From Polyangiales bacterium (GTDB lineage: Bacteria; Myxococcota_A; Polyangia; Polyangiales; Houyiibacteriaceae), in assembly GCA_049645265.1 (NCBI GenBank), contig JBARTN010000303.1, forward strand, positions 7,907 to 71,906: DNA of 64,000 bases, in the 5' to 3' direction. Made by a program: the position numbers and the translations under genes. The notes under the pieces are model-generated. The model had not been told where the DNA came from. It ran no database searches and was given only the letters and a program-made list of their open reading frames with translations. This document shows, one piece after another, positions 47,298-57,254 of this stretch (positions are counted from its first letter, which is position 1; each line of letters begins with the position of its first letter).

Positions 47298-47996
47298 TCA
47301 GGCGCCGTGCGCGCCGTGTCGGACGTCCCGCCCGTCGACCATGAAGATCACCATCTCCGCGATGTTGGTCGCGTGATCGGCGATCCGTTCGAGGTACTTC
47401 GCGCAGTTGCAGATCCGCATGCCGTCCGGAATGCGTGAAGGGTCGTCCTTCATGTACTCGAGGCAGAGCCCCATGACCTCGCCGTAGATGTCGTCAACCG
47501 CGTCGTCTTGCTGAAAGACATCGCGCGCCTTGCCCGGGTTCTCTTCGACCAGCGCGTTGAGTGCATCGCGAAGCATGGCGCGGGCGCGTCGCGCCATTTC
47601 CGGAAGCTTCGAGCCGGGCGGGCTCAGACCGTCGGCAGGCTCCATCTCCATCGCGCGCTCCGCAATGTTGACCGCCTCGTCCCCGATACGCTCGAGGTCG
47701 GTCGTGGCCTTGACCGCGGCGACGGCGAAGCGAAGGTCACGGCCGACGGGCTGCCGAAGTGCCAAGATGCGAACGGCAAGATCGTCGACCTCCACCTCGT
47801 CCTCGTCCATGAGTTGGTCGGCCTGCATGACCTCGTTGGCCAGGCTCACGTCGCGGTCCTCGAACGCGCGCACCGCAACGCTGATCATTTGTTCGCATCG
47901 ACCGCCCATCGCGAGGAGTCGATCCTTCAGATTGCGCAGCTCCGCCTCGAACTCTTGGTGCGTGTGACTCCGCATCGGTTCGCTGGGGCGTGCCAT
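47298..47996 (-). CDS. phoU: Phosphate signalling complex protein PhoU
   Basis: 232-aa protein with two PhoU repeats (...DLERIGDEAVNIAE... / ...YLERIADHATNIAE...), directly downstream of pstB. Confidence 0.93.
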   Translation of the reverse strand: MARPSEPMRSHTHQEFEAELRNLKDRLLAMGGRCEQMISVAVRAFEDRDVSLANEVMQADQLMDEDEVEVDDLAVRILALRQPVGRDLRFAVAAVKATTDLERIGDEAVNIAERAMEMEPADGLSPPGSKLPEMARRARAMLRDALNALVEENPGKARDVFQQDDAVDDIYGEVMGLCLEYMKDDPSRIPDGMRICNCAKYLERIADHATNIAEMVIFMVDGRDVRHGAHGA

Positions 47997-48787
47997 TATC
48001 CAAACCTACCGGAAATATACTCTTCGGTACGTTTTCTGGTGGGGCGGGTGAACATGTCCTGTGTCTTGCCGTGTTCGATGAGCTCTCCCATGTAGAAAAA
48101 CGCCGTAAAATCGCTGACTCGCGCGGCCTGCTGCATCGAGTGCGTCACGATCACAATCGTATAGTTTTCGCGCAGCTCGCGGATGAGCTCCTCGATTTTC
48201 GCGGTCGCGATGGGGTCGAGGGCCGAGGCGGGCTCGTCCATCAAGATGACCTCCGGCCAGACCGCCAGACAGCGCGCGATGCAGAGGCGCTGCTGCTGGC
48301 CGCCCGAGAGCCCGAGCGCCGAGCTCTGGAGACGGTCCTTCACCTCATCCCAGAGCGCCGCCCCCTTGAGGGACTCTTCGACGCGCTGGGCGATCAGGTC
48401 CTTGTCCTTCTCGCCTCCGATTCGAAGCCCAAAAGCGACGTTGTCGAAGATCGACTTTGGAAACGGGTTCGACTTCTGGAAGACCATGCCGACCCTGCGG
48501 CGGACCTCCACCGGGTCGACGCCCCGGTCGTAGATGTTCTCGCCGTCGAGCAAAATGCGGCCTTCGAATCGGCAGCTGTCGATCGTGTCGTTCATCCGGT
48601 TGAGCGCGCGCAGGTAGGTGCTTTTGCCGCAGCCCGAGGGCCCGATCAGCGCGGTCACGCTCCGGTCGATAATGTCGAAATCGACGTCCCGAATGGCGTG
48701 GTTGTCCCCATAGTAGACGTTGACCCCTCGTGTCTCCATCTTCACGTCGTTGGGGGCTTCGGAGGCCGCTTCAATGAGCTTGTTCAT
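47996..48787 (-). CDS. pstB: Phosphate ABC transporter ATP-binding protein PstB
   Basis: Walker [10 protein letters not shown], signature [13 protein letters not shown], and Walker B ILMDEP. Confidence 0.96.
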   Translation of the reverse strand: MNKLIEAASEAPNDVKMETRGVNVYYGDNHAIRDVDFDIIDRSVTALIGPSGCGKSTYLRALNRMNDTIDSCRFEGRILLDGENIYDRGVDPVEVRRRVGMVFQKSNPFPKSIFDNVAFGLRIGGEKDKDLIAQRVEESLKGAALWDEVKDRLQSSALGLSGGQQQRLCIARCLAVWPEVILMDEPASALDPIATAKIEELIRELRENYTIVIVTHSMQQAARVSDFTAFFYMGELIEHGKTQDMFTRPTRKRTEEYISGRFG

Positions 48788-49683
48788 GATCGAAGGGCTG
48801 CGCGCGCACGGGCTCGGATCATCACCGCCAGCAGATTGAGCGAGAACGTGAGTACGAGCAAGACGAGCACGGTGCCGAAGAGGGTCGGCCTCGCCGCGTC
48901 GACGTTCGGTGACTGCGTCGCCAAGGCGTAGACGTGGTAACCGAGGTGCATGAACATGTCGCGAAGGTCGGTCGGCAGGTAAGGCAGAAAGTTCGCTGCT
49001 CCGCAGAAGATGATGGGCGCGACTTCGCCCGCGCCGCGGCTTACCGCCAGGATCACGCCGGTCAGGATGCCGCCCTTCGCGTTGGGAAGGACGATCTTGT
49101 AGACCGTCTGGAAGCGCGTAGCACCCAGCGCGAGCGATGCGTCGCGGAACTCTTGAGGCACCGTTCTCAGCGCCTCTTCCGTCGTCACGATCACCACCGG
49201 CAGGGTCAGGACCGCGAGGGTGAGCGAGGCCCAGAGGATCGAGGGCTTCCCCCAGACGGGCGTCGGGTCGTCATAGAGGAGCGCGTCCATGCTGCCGCCG
49301 ACGAAAATGATGAAAAATCCAAGCCCAAAGAGACCAAACACGATGGAAGGAACCCCCGCCAGGTTGTTCACTGCGATGCGCACCATCTTGGCGATGCGCG
49401 ATCGCGGGGATGCATACTCGGTCAGGTAAATCGCCGTGGCGATGCCAACGGGCACGCCTGCGATCGTCATCAGGAGGGTCATGAAGACCGTGCCGTAGAT
49501 CGCCGGCCAGATGCCACCGCTGATCATGTCGGCGCCCGGACTCTGAGTGAGGAACTCGGCAGAGATGACGGGTGCTCCGTGCCAGACGATCTGCCCGAGC
49601 AGCACCGCCAGAAGCGTCAGGATCACCAGGAGCGAAGCTCCGGTCAGTCCTGCGAGCAGCCAGTCTTTCCTCGTGTACCTCAT
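48784..49683 (-). CDS. pstA: Phosphate ABC transporter permease PstA
   Basis: 299-aa six-TM permease with an EAA-like loop ([25 protein letters not shown]). It is third in the pstSCAB order. Confidence 0.9.
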   Translation of the reverse strand: MRYTRKDWLLAGLTGASLLVILTLLAVLLGQIVWHGAPVISAEFLTQSPGADMISGGIWPAIYGTVFMTLLMTIAGVPVGIATAIYLTEYASPRSRIAKMVRIAVNNLAGVPSIVFGLFGLGFFIIFVGGSMDALLYDDPTPVWGKPSILWASLTLAVLTLPVVIVTTEEALRTVPQEFRDASLALGATRFQTVYKIVLPNAKGGILTGVILAVSRGAGEVAPIIFCGAANFLPYLPTDLRDMFMHLGYHVYALATQSPNVDAARPTLFGTVLVLLVLTFSLNLLAVMIRARARAALRS

Positions 49684-50720
49684 GACGCGGTCAGCCTCTT
49701 CTGCAGTCGCTGGATGAACAGGTCGCCGAGAATGTTGAGGACGAACGTCACGGCGAAGAGCATGACGCCGAGCAAGAAGAGCACCCGCCAGTGCGGATCG
49801 CCCTGTGCGACTTCACCGAGCTCCGCTGCGATGGTTGCGGTGACCGTTCGCACACTGGTGCTGAAGTCGAAGAGCTCCATGACCGCGGCGTTGCCCGAAG
49901 CCATCAGCACGATCATCGTTTCCCCGATGGCGCGGCCGAATCCCAGGACTACACCGGCAGCAATGCCAGGTATTGCCGCTGGGAGCACGACCCGCAGCGC
50001 GACCTGGTATTTCCGGGCTCCGAGGGCGAGGGCTGCCTCGGTCAGGGTGCTCGGCACGCTTTGGATCGCGTCCTCGGAGATCGTGAAGATCACCGGCACG
50101 ATCGTGAGAGCCAGGCCCATTGCGGCCACGATGGCGTTCAATCTGAAGTGAAACCCAAAGGTCGCCTGAGCCCAGGACGCGAGCACCATCAGCGCAAAAA
50201 AGCCGAGCACGACCGATGGGATGCCCGCCAAGAGCTCGATCGCAGGTTTCACGACCTCACGGACGGCTCGCGGCGCATAGAGGGCGACGAACATCGCGCA
50301 GCCGATTCCGAGTGGGACGCTCATCAGCATCGCAAGCAAGGTCACCTTGAGCGATCCGACGAACAGCGGAACCACATTGAACTTGGCTGGCTCGCCCACC
50401 GGCTGCCATATGAACACCGGCTCGTCGTAGCCTCTCCATTCCTTGGCAAAAAAGAGGTCCCGAATCTGCACCTCTTCGGCAAACTCCGCCTCCCAGAGCA
50501 TCGGGACCGCTTCACGCGCGATGAAGATGAAGATGAGCGCGATCGCCAGAACCGCGGCCAGCGCGAGAATGGCGATCATGCGCTCTGCTACGCGATGCCA
50601 AAGCGGGGTGCGAAACGAGCTTGCTAACTTGGATTTGGCGGGCTGCGGGCGAAGGCTGATGCGCCGCTGGGTCTTCGGGACGCCGGTATGTTCGCCTGCC
50701 TGGAGCACCTGTTCGGTCAC
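49680..50720 (-). CDS. pstC: Phosphate ABC transporter permease PstC
   Basis: 346-aa permease with the loop SEDAIQSVPSTLTEAALALGARKYQ. It is second in the pstSCAB order. Confidence 0.9.
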   Translation of the reverse strand: MTEQVLQAGEHTGVPKTQRRISLRPQPAKSKLASSFRTPLWHRVAERMIAILALAAVLAIALIFIFIAREAVPMLWEAEFAEEVQIRDLFFAKEWRGYDEPVFIWQPVGEPAKFNVVPLFVGSLKVTLLAMLMSVPLGIGCAMFVALYAPRAVREVVKPAIELLAGIPSVVLGFFALMVLASWAQATFGFHFRLNAIVAAMGLALTIVPVIFTISEDAIQSVPSTLTEAALALGARKYQVALRVVLPAAIPGIAAGVVLGFGRAIGETMIVLMASGNAAVMELFDFSTSVRTVTATIAAELGEVAQGDPHWRVLFLLGVMLFAVTFVLNILGDLFIQRLQKRLTAS

Positions 50721-51631
50721 TCTGCCGCTGCGGTGGCTTCCTTGGGAAGCGGGTAGTAGCCGACGCCTTCCACGATCTTCTGGCCCGCGTCCGAGAGCAC
50801 GAAGTCAAGGTATTCCTTGGCGATTCCAGTGGCCTCGCCCGCGCTGTAGATGTTGAGAAAGCGGGAAAGCGGGTACTTGCCGCTCGTCGCGTTCTCCATC
50901 GTGGGCTCGACGGCCTCACCATCGGCCGGTGCTACCTTCACCGTGCGGACACCTTCGGCATACGCGATGCCGCCGTAGCCGATGCCTCCCGCATCCTTGC
51001 TGACGGCGTTGATCACAGCGGCAGTGCCCGGCAGTGTTTGTGCCGTCGCGGCGAAGTCGTCGTTATCGAGAACGTGCTCCTTGAAGTACGCGTACGTGCC
51101 CGAGTTGTTTTCGCGGCTGTAGAGCAGGATCGATTTGTCTTCGCCGCCGACGTCTTTCCAGTTGGTCGTCTGACCTCGGAAGATCTTCTTGAGCTGAGGG
51201 ATTGTGAGCGACTCAATCTTGTTGCTGGCCGGCACATAGACCGCAAGCGAGTCCAGGGCGACTCGGAACTCCTGTGCCTCGGCGTTGCGGCGCTTGGCGA
51301 GTTGCTTGCGCTCTTTGTCCTTGATCGGTCGGCTGGCGTTCGCGAGATCCGCGGTGCCGTTGATGAGAGCGGCGACTCCGGTGCCGGATCCTCCGCCGGA
51401 AACCTGGATCACCTTGCCCGGGTTGGCGGCCATGAAGGCCTGCGCCCAGTTCTGAGCGAGAATCACCATCGTGTCGGAGCCCTTGATGGTGAGAGTCGAG
51501 CTCCGACGCGTCTGTGCGGTGTCCTTAGGCCCGTCCCCGTCTTGGCGGCTTTTGCCCGAGGTGCACGACGACGCGAGGATGGCCCCTAGGAGAACCACGA
51601 AAGCCAAGTGATTTTGATACGCTTTTCTCAA
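50717..51631 (-). CDS. pstS: Phosphate-binding lipoprotein PstS
   Basis: PBP-like domain (TIKGSDTMV...VSGGGSGTG...). The TTG at 51631 gives (M)RKAYQNHLAFVVLLGAILASS/C, a complete lipoprotein signal. The ORF-track start at 51709 would place a Pho box inside the gene. Confidence 0.88.
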   Translation of the reverse strand: MRKAYQNHLAFVVLLGAILASSCTSGKSRQDGDGPKDTAQTRRSSTLTIKGSDTMVILAQNWAQAFMAANPGKVIQVSGGGSGTGVAALINGTADLANASRPIKDKERKQLAKRRNAEAQEFRVALDSLAVYVPASNKIESLTIPQLKKIFRGQTTNWKDVGGEDKSILLYSRENNSGTYAYFKEHVLDNDDFAATAQTLPGTAAVINAVSKDAGGIGYGGIAYAEGVRTVKVAPADGEAVEPTMENATSGKYPLSRFLNIYSAGEATGIAKEYLDFVLSDAGQKIVEGVGYYPLPKEATAAAE

Positions 51632-51669
51632 TGTACACGCTCCAATCGCCCCGACTCTGAGCCCCTTGT

Positions 51670-51687
51670 GTGACAGCCGTTTGACAG
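51670..51687 (-). promoter_or_regulatory. Pho box upstream of pstS
   Basis: The minus strand reads CTGTCAAACGGCTGTCAC, two 7-nt repeats (CTGTCAA/CTGTCAC) separated by 4 nt. This matches the E. coli Pho-box layout CTGTCAT-N4-CTGTCAY. It lies 38 nt upstream of the proposed TTG start. Confidence 0.6.
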
Positions 51688-51803
51688 CCGGGCGACGACA
51701 CGGCGTCACCTCTGCGTCACCGATTGTTCACCATCTCGGCACCCCGCGTGGCTCCAGGCTCGCATACGTTCGCAATCTCCGGAGAGTGCAGTAGCATCGT
51801 CGC

Positions 51804-52124
51804 ATGCAGGACTACCCGCACTTTCACAAGAACCGCACGAATCTGCTCCTCCACATCGTGGTGGTGCCGCTTTTCGTTTTGGGTGTCGTCTATGCCATCG
51901 TGGCGGCGTTCCAAGGGCGCTGGCTCGCGGCGCTGCTCTCCCTCGCTCTGCCACTCGTCTCCATCGCGGTTCAAGGCGTCGGCCACAAGAAGGAGGTCAA
52001 CCCGCCACTGCCCTTCGACGGCCCAGGCGAGTTCTTGACGCGGATCTTCTCCGAACAGTTTTACAAGTTCCCGAAGTTCGTCCTCAGTGGTCAGTGGCTC
52101 CGGGCGCTCCGCTCCTCCGACTGA
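51804..52124 (+). CDS. DUF962/Mpo1-like small membrane protein
   Basis: 106-aa ORF. HKNRTNLLLHIVVVP and GVGHKKEVNPP fit the H-x4-N-x3-H...GH..E..P pattern of DUF962. It has two TM helices. Confidence 0.5.
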   Translation: MQDYPHFHKNRTNLLLHIVVVPLFVLGVVYAIVAAFQGRWLAALLSLALPLVSIAVQGVGHKKEVNPPLPFDGPGEFLTRIFSEQFYKFPKFVLSGQWLRALRSSD

Positions 52125-52198
52125 GCACGTCTGGCTGTCTAGGACGGCGCGCGCCCGTTCCGTTTGTGTGGCCAAGTTGCGGTTCGTATGCTGAGGCC

Positions 52199-54784
52199 GT
52201 GCTTCGCTTTGTAGCTGTGTTCTTGCTCGTGAGCCTCGTCTCGAATGGGGCTGATGCGCAGAGCGGCTCCAAAGTCGCGCCCGAGGAAGAAAAGAAGCCG
52301 CTGATCATGCCGCCGAAGCTCATTCGCTTCGTCGAGGCCGACTACCCCGAGACCGAAGGCGAAGAGCCCGAGGAGACGGTGGTCGAGCTCGACATCGTCG
52401 TGGGCAAGGATGGGCTGGTCACCGAGGTGAACGTTGCATTCTCGGCCGGAGAAGCCTTCGACGAAGCTGCTCTCGCGGCCGCTCGCCAGTTCGTCTTCGA
52501 GCCGGCACGCACCGACTGGGAACCCATTGCCGCGCGCATTCGCTACCGATACGTCTTCGAGCTCAAGACGCCCCCCGAGGAGATCACGACGGGCTGGCTT
52601 TCGGGCAGCATTCTGCTCGCCGAGGATGACAGTGCCGCGGGCTCGGTCGGCATCGAGATTGCCAACGAGCGAGGCGAGCTCGTCCGAGATCTGGTTTCCG
52701 GATCGGACGGGACCTTCATCGCAACCGATCTCGAGCCCGGGACGTACGAAATCTCGATTCTGGGCGGCGAATACGGCGACCTGAACGTAGAAGAAGAGCT
52801 CGCCGCCGGGCAGGTCACCGAGGTCATCTACCGGCTCGGCGCAAAAAAGAGGTCCGCGTACCGAGGCTTTGGCGAAACTGCCGTTATCGATGCGCCGCCA
52901 CGCGAGGTTGTGAAGCGCACAATCGACAAAGAAGAGCTGACCCGCATCCCAGGGACCCGAGGTGATGCGCTACGCGCGGTCGAGCTCCTTCCCGGCGTGG
53001 CAAGGCCTCCGTTCGGAATCGGTTTGCTCATCGTGCGCGGCTCGGCCCCGCAAGACAGCGAGTCGTTCATCGATGGCATTCCCGTTCCGCTGATCTTCCA
53101 CTTCGGTGGCCTCACCAGCGTCTACAACTCGTACCAGCTCGAGAAGATCGACTTCTACCCCGGGAACTTCTCGGTCCGATACGGCCGCCGTACCGGTGGC
53201 ATCTTGGAGGTCACCACCAGGGACCCAGCCCAAGATAAGATCCACGGCGTCGCCGAATTCTCGATCATCGACACGTTCGTCACTCTGGAAGGCCCGATCA
53301 CCGACAAGATCAGCATTTCGGGCGGCCTTCGGCGAAGCCTGATCGACCTCATCCTGCCCGCGGTGCTCCCGGACGACATCGGCGTGCGGCAGGCGCCCGT
53401 CTACATCGACTATCAGTTCAAGCTCAAGTTCGCGCCGACCAAGCGAGACCGTATCCGCATCTCGGCGTACGGCTCCAGCGACCGGCTAGAGCTGATTCTG
53501 GAAGAGGCCGGAGGCGACGATCCAGCGATCCGTGGCAACGCAGGGTTTGCGACAAGCTTCTACAACAACCAGATCGACTGGACGCGCCGGGTCGGAGACA
53601 AGGTCGACCAAGAGCTGGCGTTCAACATCGGTCCTAGCAAGATCGCATTCGGCTTAGGCGACGAGTTCAGGCTCGACGGCAGGTTCCTTCAGACCTACGG
53701 CCGAGCCGAGTGGCGGTACCAGATCACCGACAGAGTTCGACTGATTGCGGGCCTCGACGTCTTCGTCGCCCCCGTCGACCTGACCTACGTTGGCCCGCAG
53801 CCGACCACGCAGGAGGGAGCAGGAAGCCAGCAGGGCTCGCTCGCCGGGGAGGAGAAGGTGTTCGCCGATGTGAATACGACGATCTACCGGCCCGGCGTCT
53901 ACCTCGAATCCGACCTGCGGCTCGGCAAGTTCACCGAGCTCATCCTGGGGCTTCGAGTCGACTATTTCGGGGACGTCGACGCATTTGTGGTCGACCCAAG
54001 GGTGACGACGATCTTCAGCGTGCGCCCGGACATGCGCGTCAAGCTCGGCGTCGGAATCTTCAGCCAGCCCCCGGAGTTTCAAGAGTCGGACCCGAGCATC
54101 GGAAACCCTGAGCTCGAGCCGATTCAGGCGGTCCACGTCGGCGCGGGCTGGGAGTACGACCCGATCCCCGGCTTCCGGTTTGGTGTCGAAGGTTTCTACA
54201 AGTACCTCTGGGACCGGGCCGTCCAAACACCGAACGGCGAAGCGCCCTTCTACGTGACCGGAGGCATCGGCCGGATCTACGGCGCGGAGTTCAGCGCCAA
54301 TTTCCGCCCTGCGATCGGGCGCAAGTACTTCGGCTACCTCTCCTACACGCTTTCGCGGAGCGAACGGAAGGACGGGCCCGACGAGCCCTGGCGTCTCTTT
54401 GATTTCGACCAGACGCACATTCTCACCGCGGCCTTCGTCTACAAGTTCCCCCGCAACTGGGAGATTGGCGGCACCTTCCGACTCGTGAGCGGCAACCCGA
54501 ACACCCCCGTGATCGGCTCGGTCTACGACGCCTTGAGCGACGTCTACATCCCGATCGATGGTCGAGTGAACACGCTGCGCAACCCTCTGTTCCACGAGCT
54601 AAACGTTCGCGTCCAAAAGGAGTGGTTGCTCAAGGGCTGGCGGCTGGCGTTGTTCCTCGATGTTCGCAACGCGTACAATCAGCAGAACCAAGAGGGCATC
54701 ATCTACAACTACGACTTCACCGAGCAAACCCCGCTCCTGGGGCTTCCGATCATCCCCTCGCTCGGGATCAGGGGGCAGCTGTGA
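52199..54784 (+). CDS. TonB_C-like domain, CarboxypepD_reg-like domain and TonB-dependent-receptor-like plug/barrel fusion protein
   Basis: The GTG at 52199 gives the signal peptide (M)LRFVAVFLLVSLVSNGADA/Q. The TonB C-terminal-like block is ADYPETEGEE..VELDIVVGKDGLVTEVNV..SAGEAFDEAALAAARQFVFEPA. An Ig-like block follows (GSVGIEIANERGELV...DGTFIATDLEPGTYEISI), then a plug (IPGTRGDALRAVELLPGV) and a long barrel. Confidence 0.75.
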   Translation: MLRFVAVFLLVSLVSNGADAQSGSKVAPEEEKKPLIMPPKLIRFVEADYPETEGEEPEETVVELDIVVGKDGLVTEVNVAFSAGEAFDEAALAAARQFVFEPARTDWEPIAARIRYRYVFELKTPPEEITTGWLSGSILLAEDDSAAGSVGIEIANERGELVRDLVSGSDGTFIATDLEPGTYEISILGGEYGDLNVEEELAAGQVTEVIYRLGAKKRSAYRGFGETAVIDAPPREVVKRTIDKEELTRIPGTRGDALRAVELLPGVARPPFGIGLLIVRGSAPQDSESFIDGIPVPLIFHFGGLTSVYNSYQLEKIDFYPGNFSVRYGRRTGGILEVTTRDPAQDKIHGVAEFSIIDTFVTLEGPITDKISISGGLRRSLIDLILPAVLPDDIGVRQAPVYIDYQFKLKFAPTKRDRIRISAYGSSDRLELILEEAGGDDPAIRGNAGFATSFYNNQIDWTRRVGDKVDQELAFNIGPSKIAFGLGDEFRLDGRFLQTYGRAEWRYQITDRVRLIAGLDVFVAPVDLTYVGPQPTTQEGAGSQQGSLAGEEKVFADVNTTIYRPGVYLESDLRLGKFTELILGLRVDYFGDVDAFVVDPRVTTIFSVRPDMRVKLGVGIFSQPPEFQESDPSIGNPELEPIQAVHVGAGWEYDPIPGFRFGVEGFYKYLWDRAVQTPNGEAPFYVTGGIGRIYGAEFSANFRPAIGRKYFGYLSYTLSRSERKDGPDEPWRLFDFDQTHILTAAFVYKFPRNWEIGGTFRLVSGNPNTPVIGSVYDALSDVYIPIDGRVNTLRNPLFHELNVRVQKEWLLKGWRLALFLDVRNAYNQQNQEGIIYNYDFTEQTPLLGLPIIPSLGIRGQL

Positions 54785-55854
54785 GTCGCCCGCTCGGTCC
54801 GATTCTGCTGTGCTTGATGATCGCATGCAGCGAGAGCTTCCTTCCGGCCTCGGCGGTCACCGACCTACGGGTCATCGGCGCTCGGATCGACGTCCAGGGC
54901 GCGCCCGGGCGTGCCAACCCGAGCCCGGGCGACGACGTGCAGGCTTCGATTCTGGTCATCGATGCGCCGCCCTTGGACCAGGAGGAGCCTGCGTTGACCC
55001 CGCCTGAGTTGACCTGGGCCTTCGTCGCCTGCGTTCCCACGGCGACGCGGATCGGTGTGCCGATCTGCGGCACCTTGATCGATGCCTGTGACGGGTGCAT
55101 CGGGCCGCCGCCCGGCGATCCGTTTGCCTTGCCCGTCATCCGTTTCCAGGTTCCTTCCGAAGAAGACCTCGACGCCGTCGAGGCCAGGGAGGTCCTTCTC
55201 CAAGGGGTGGTTTGCGGCGAGGGCTCGCCTTCGGCGGACGCGATTGTTCGGTTTCTTTCGGGCGAGACCGACGATCTCGCGCCTTGCGAGGGGCCCGATG
55301 GGCAGCCCATCGAGCACGAGGAGCAGCGCAGCGTTGGCCGGTTCGTGACCGTTCAGATTCCAATCCAGCGGGATGCCGAAGATCCCAACCTCAATCCCGA
55401 AATCGGGAACGTCTTCCTGAACGGAAGCGAGTGGCCGCCGCCCTACGCGCAAGAGGTGCCTCGAACCGCGCCCCGCACCGGTTGCAAGGCCGATCTCGAC
55501 GCGCTCAGCGAAGAAGACCGCTCCGAGCATCCGATTGCGGGAAGCGGACCTTCGACCATCAACCTCAGCGTGACCGTCGACAGCCTTCAGTCGTTCACGA
55601 TCGACGGTGAGGACCTCACCGAAGAGATCCAGGTGAGCTGGCTTGCGGATGGCGGTGGCTTCGAGGTCGCCTTCTCGTTCATCACACAAGCCCCGCCTTC
55701 GATTCTAACCCAGTGGCAGCCCTTCTCTGAGGCGCCCACGGACGGTCGCCTGATTCGTTTCAACTTCGTCGTCCGGGACGGTCGCGGAGGCCTCGATCGC
55801 GTCGAACGGGGGCTTTGTGTGCTCCCGCCGTCGCCGGCCGAATCTCCGCCCTAA
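54781..55854 (+). CDS. Hypothetical lipoprotein coupled to the TonB-dependent-receptor-like gene
   Basis: The GTG at 54781 overlaps the upstream TGA (gtga) and gives (M)SRPLGPILLCLMIA/CSES. The mature part is Cys-containing and acidic. No family recognised. Confidence 0.6.
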   Translation: MSRPLGPILLCLMIACSESFLPASAVTDLRVIGARIDVQGAPGRANPSPGDDVQASILVIDAPPLDQEEPALTPPELTWAFVACVPTATRIGVPICGTLIDACDGCIGPPPGDPFALPVIRFQVPSEEDLDAVEAREVLLQGVVCGEGSPSADAIVRFLSGETDDLAPCEGPDGQPIEHEEQRSVGRFVTVQIPIQRDAEDPNLNPEIGNVFLNGSEWPPPYAQEVPRTAPRTGCKADLDALSEEDRSEHPIAGSGPSTINLSVTVDSLQSFTIDGEDLTEEIQVSWLADGGGFEVAFSFITQAPPSILTQWQPFSEAPTDGRLIRFNFVVRDGRGGLDRVERGLCVLPPSPAESPP

Positions 55855-55925
55855 GTGTCGGTTTTCTCCAAACTTTTGGCGATCGTTGACACCGCCCGAG
55901 CCCCCCCCTAGTTTGATGGATCGCG

Positions 55926-57254
55926 ATGGTTGAGCGAATCGGAACGTGCCGCGTCCTGGGTCAAATCGGCAGCGGAGGCATGGCTGTCGTCTACGAAGCG
56001 ATCCAGGAGCCGCTCAATCGGCGGGTCGCGATCAAAGCACTCAAGCCGTCGATCGCGATCGACAGCCAGTTCGCCGCGCGCTTCGAACGCGAGGCGAACT
56101 TCATGGCATCGCTCCAGCACGAGAACATCTTGCACGTCATCGACTTCCTCAAAGATGGGCGCTCGATGTTCATCATCATGGAGTACGTCGACGGAATCGA
56201 CCTCTACGACTTGCTCGAGCGTTCGCCACGCCTTCCCGCCGACATCGCTGCCATCATCACGCTTCAACTCGTGCGTGGGCTCGACTACGCACACTTTCGC
56301 GGGATCATCCACCGCGACGTCAAACCCGCCAACATCATGGTCTCGATGCAGGGCGACGTGAAGGTCATGGACTTCGGCATTGCCCGTCACGAGCGTTTCG
56401 GCGATTTGACCGAAACCGGGACGGGCCTCGGCACACCCAGCTACATGAGCCCGGAGCAGATTCTCGGCGACAAGCTCGACTTTCGCAGCGACATCTTTTC
56501 GGTCGGCATCGTCCTCTACCAAATGCTCACCGGCCGAAAGCCGTTCGTCGAGGACGAGGCGCGCACGGTCATGCAGAAGATCCGGCTCGACCGATACGAG
56601 GCGACCAAGAGGCTAGGCGTCGAAGTGCCACGGAAGCTCGAGCGGATCATGGCGCGTTGCCTGCAAAAAATGCCCGCAAATCGCTATCCAACCACCCAGG
56701 CCCTCATCGACGACCTCACTGAGTTTCTCGCGTCCCGCGTGCAGATGAGCCACAACGCGCGCCTGGTCATGTTCCTGAACGAAATCGGCGTAATGACCGG
56801 CGACCAAACCGACGAAGTGCTTTCCGCCGTGGCTCCGCGCGCGCTTCGAAGCGGGCGTCGCAACGGCAATTTCCTCAAAAACATAGCGAAGTGGCAAGCA
56901 GCTGCGCTGGCCGTGCTCGCCATTTCGGGGCTCAGCGTGCAAGCGGCAAGCGGTCGTTGGTCGGGCCCGTCGCCCGGTCAGGCGCCTGTGACGCTGAACC
57001 CCGCGGAGTCCGGACTTCTCACCGTGAGTGCCGACCCTTGGGCGCACGTGCAGGTCGATGGGCAGCCAGTGCTGACGACCCCGGCGGCTCGGGCGATTCC
57101 CTTGCAGCCCGGCCGGCACTACGTGAAGTACAGCAATCCCTACTTTGCGCCCGTCGAGCACGAGGTCGTCATCGGGACGGGCGAGACGACGCACGACCGG
57201 GCGACTCTTACCGAGCCTATCACCGTCGCTGAAGAGCCGCAGGCGACACCATGA
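55926..57254 (+). CDS. Ser/Thr protein kinase with C-terminal TM segment and PEGA-like domain
   Basis: Hanks motifs GSGGMAVVY, AIK, HRDVKPANIM, DFGIAR and SPEQ. A TM helix (AALAVLAISGL) precedes a C-terminal PEGA-like beta domain (LTVSADPWAHVQVDGQPV...GRHYVKYSNP). Confidence 0.9.
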   Translation: MVERIGTCRVLGQIGSGGMAVVYEAIQEPLNRRVAIKALKPSIAIDSQFAARFEREANFMASLQHENILHVIDFLKDGRSMFIIMEYVDGIDLYDLLERSPRLPADIAAIITLQLVRGLDYAHFRGIIHRDVKPANIMVSMQGDVKVMDFGIARHERFGDLTETGTGLGTPSYMSPEQILGDKLDFRSDIFSVGIVLYQMLTGRKPFVEDEARTVMQKIRLDRYEATKRLGVEVPRKLERIMARCLQKMPANRYPTTQALIDDLTEFLASRVQMSHNARLVMFLNEIGVMTGDQTDEVLSAVAPRALRSGRRNGNFLKNIAKWQAAALAVLAISGLSVQAASGRWSGPSPGQAPVTLNPAESGLLTVSADPWAHVQVDGQPVLTTPAARAIPLQPGRHYVKYSNPYFAPVEHEVVIGTGETTHDRATLTEPITVAEEPQATP

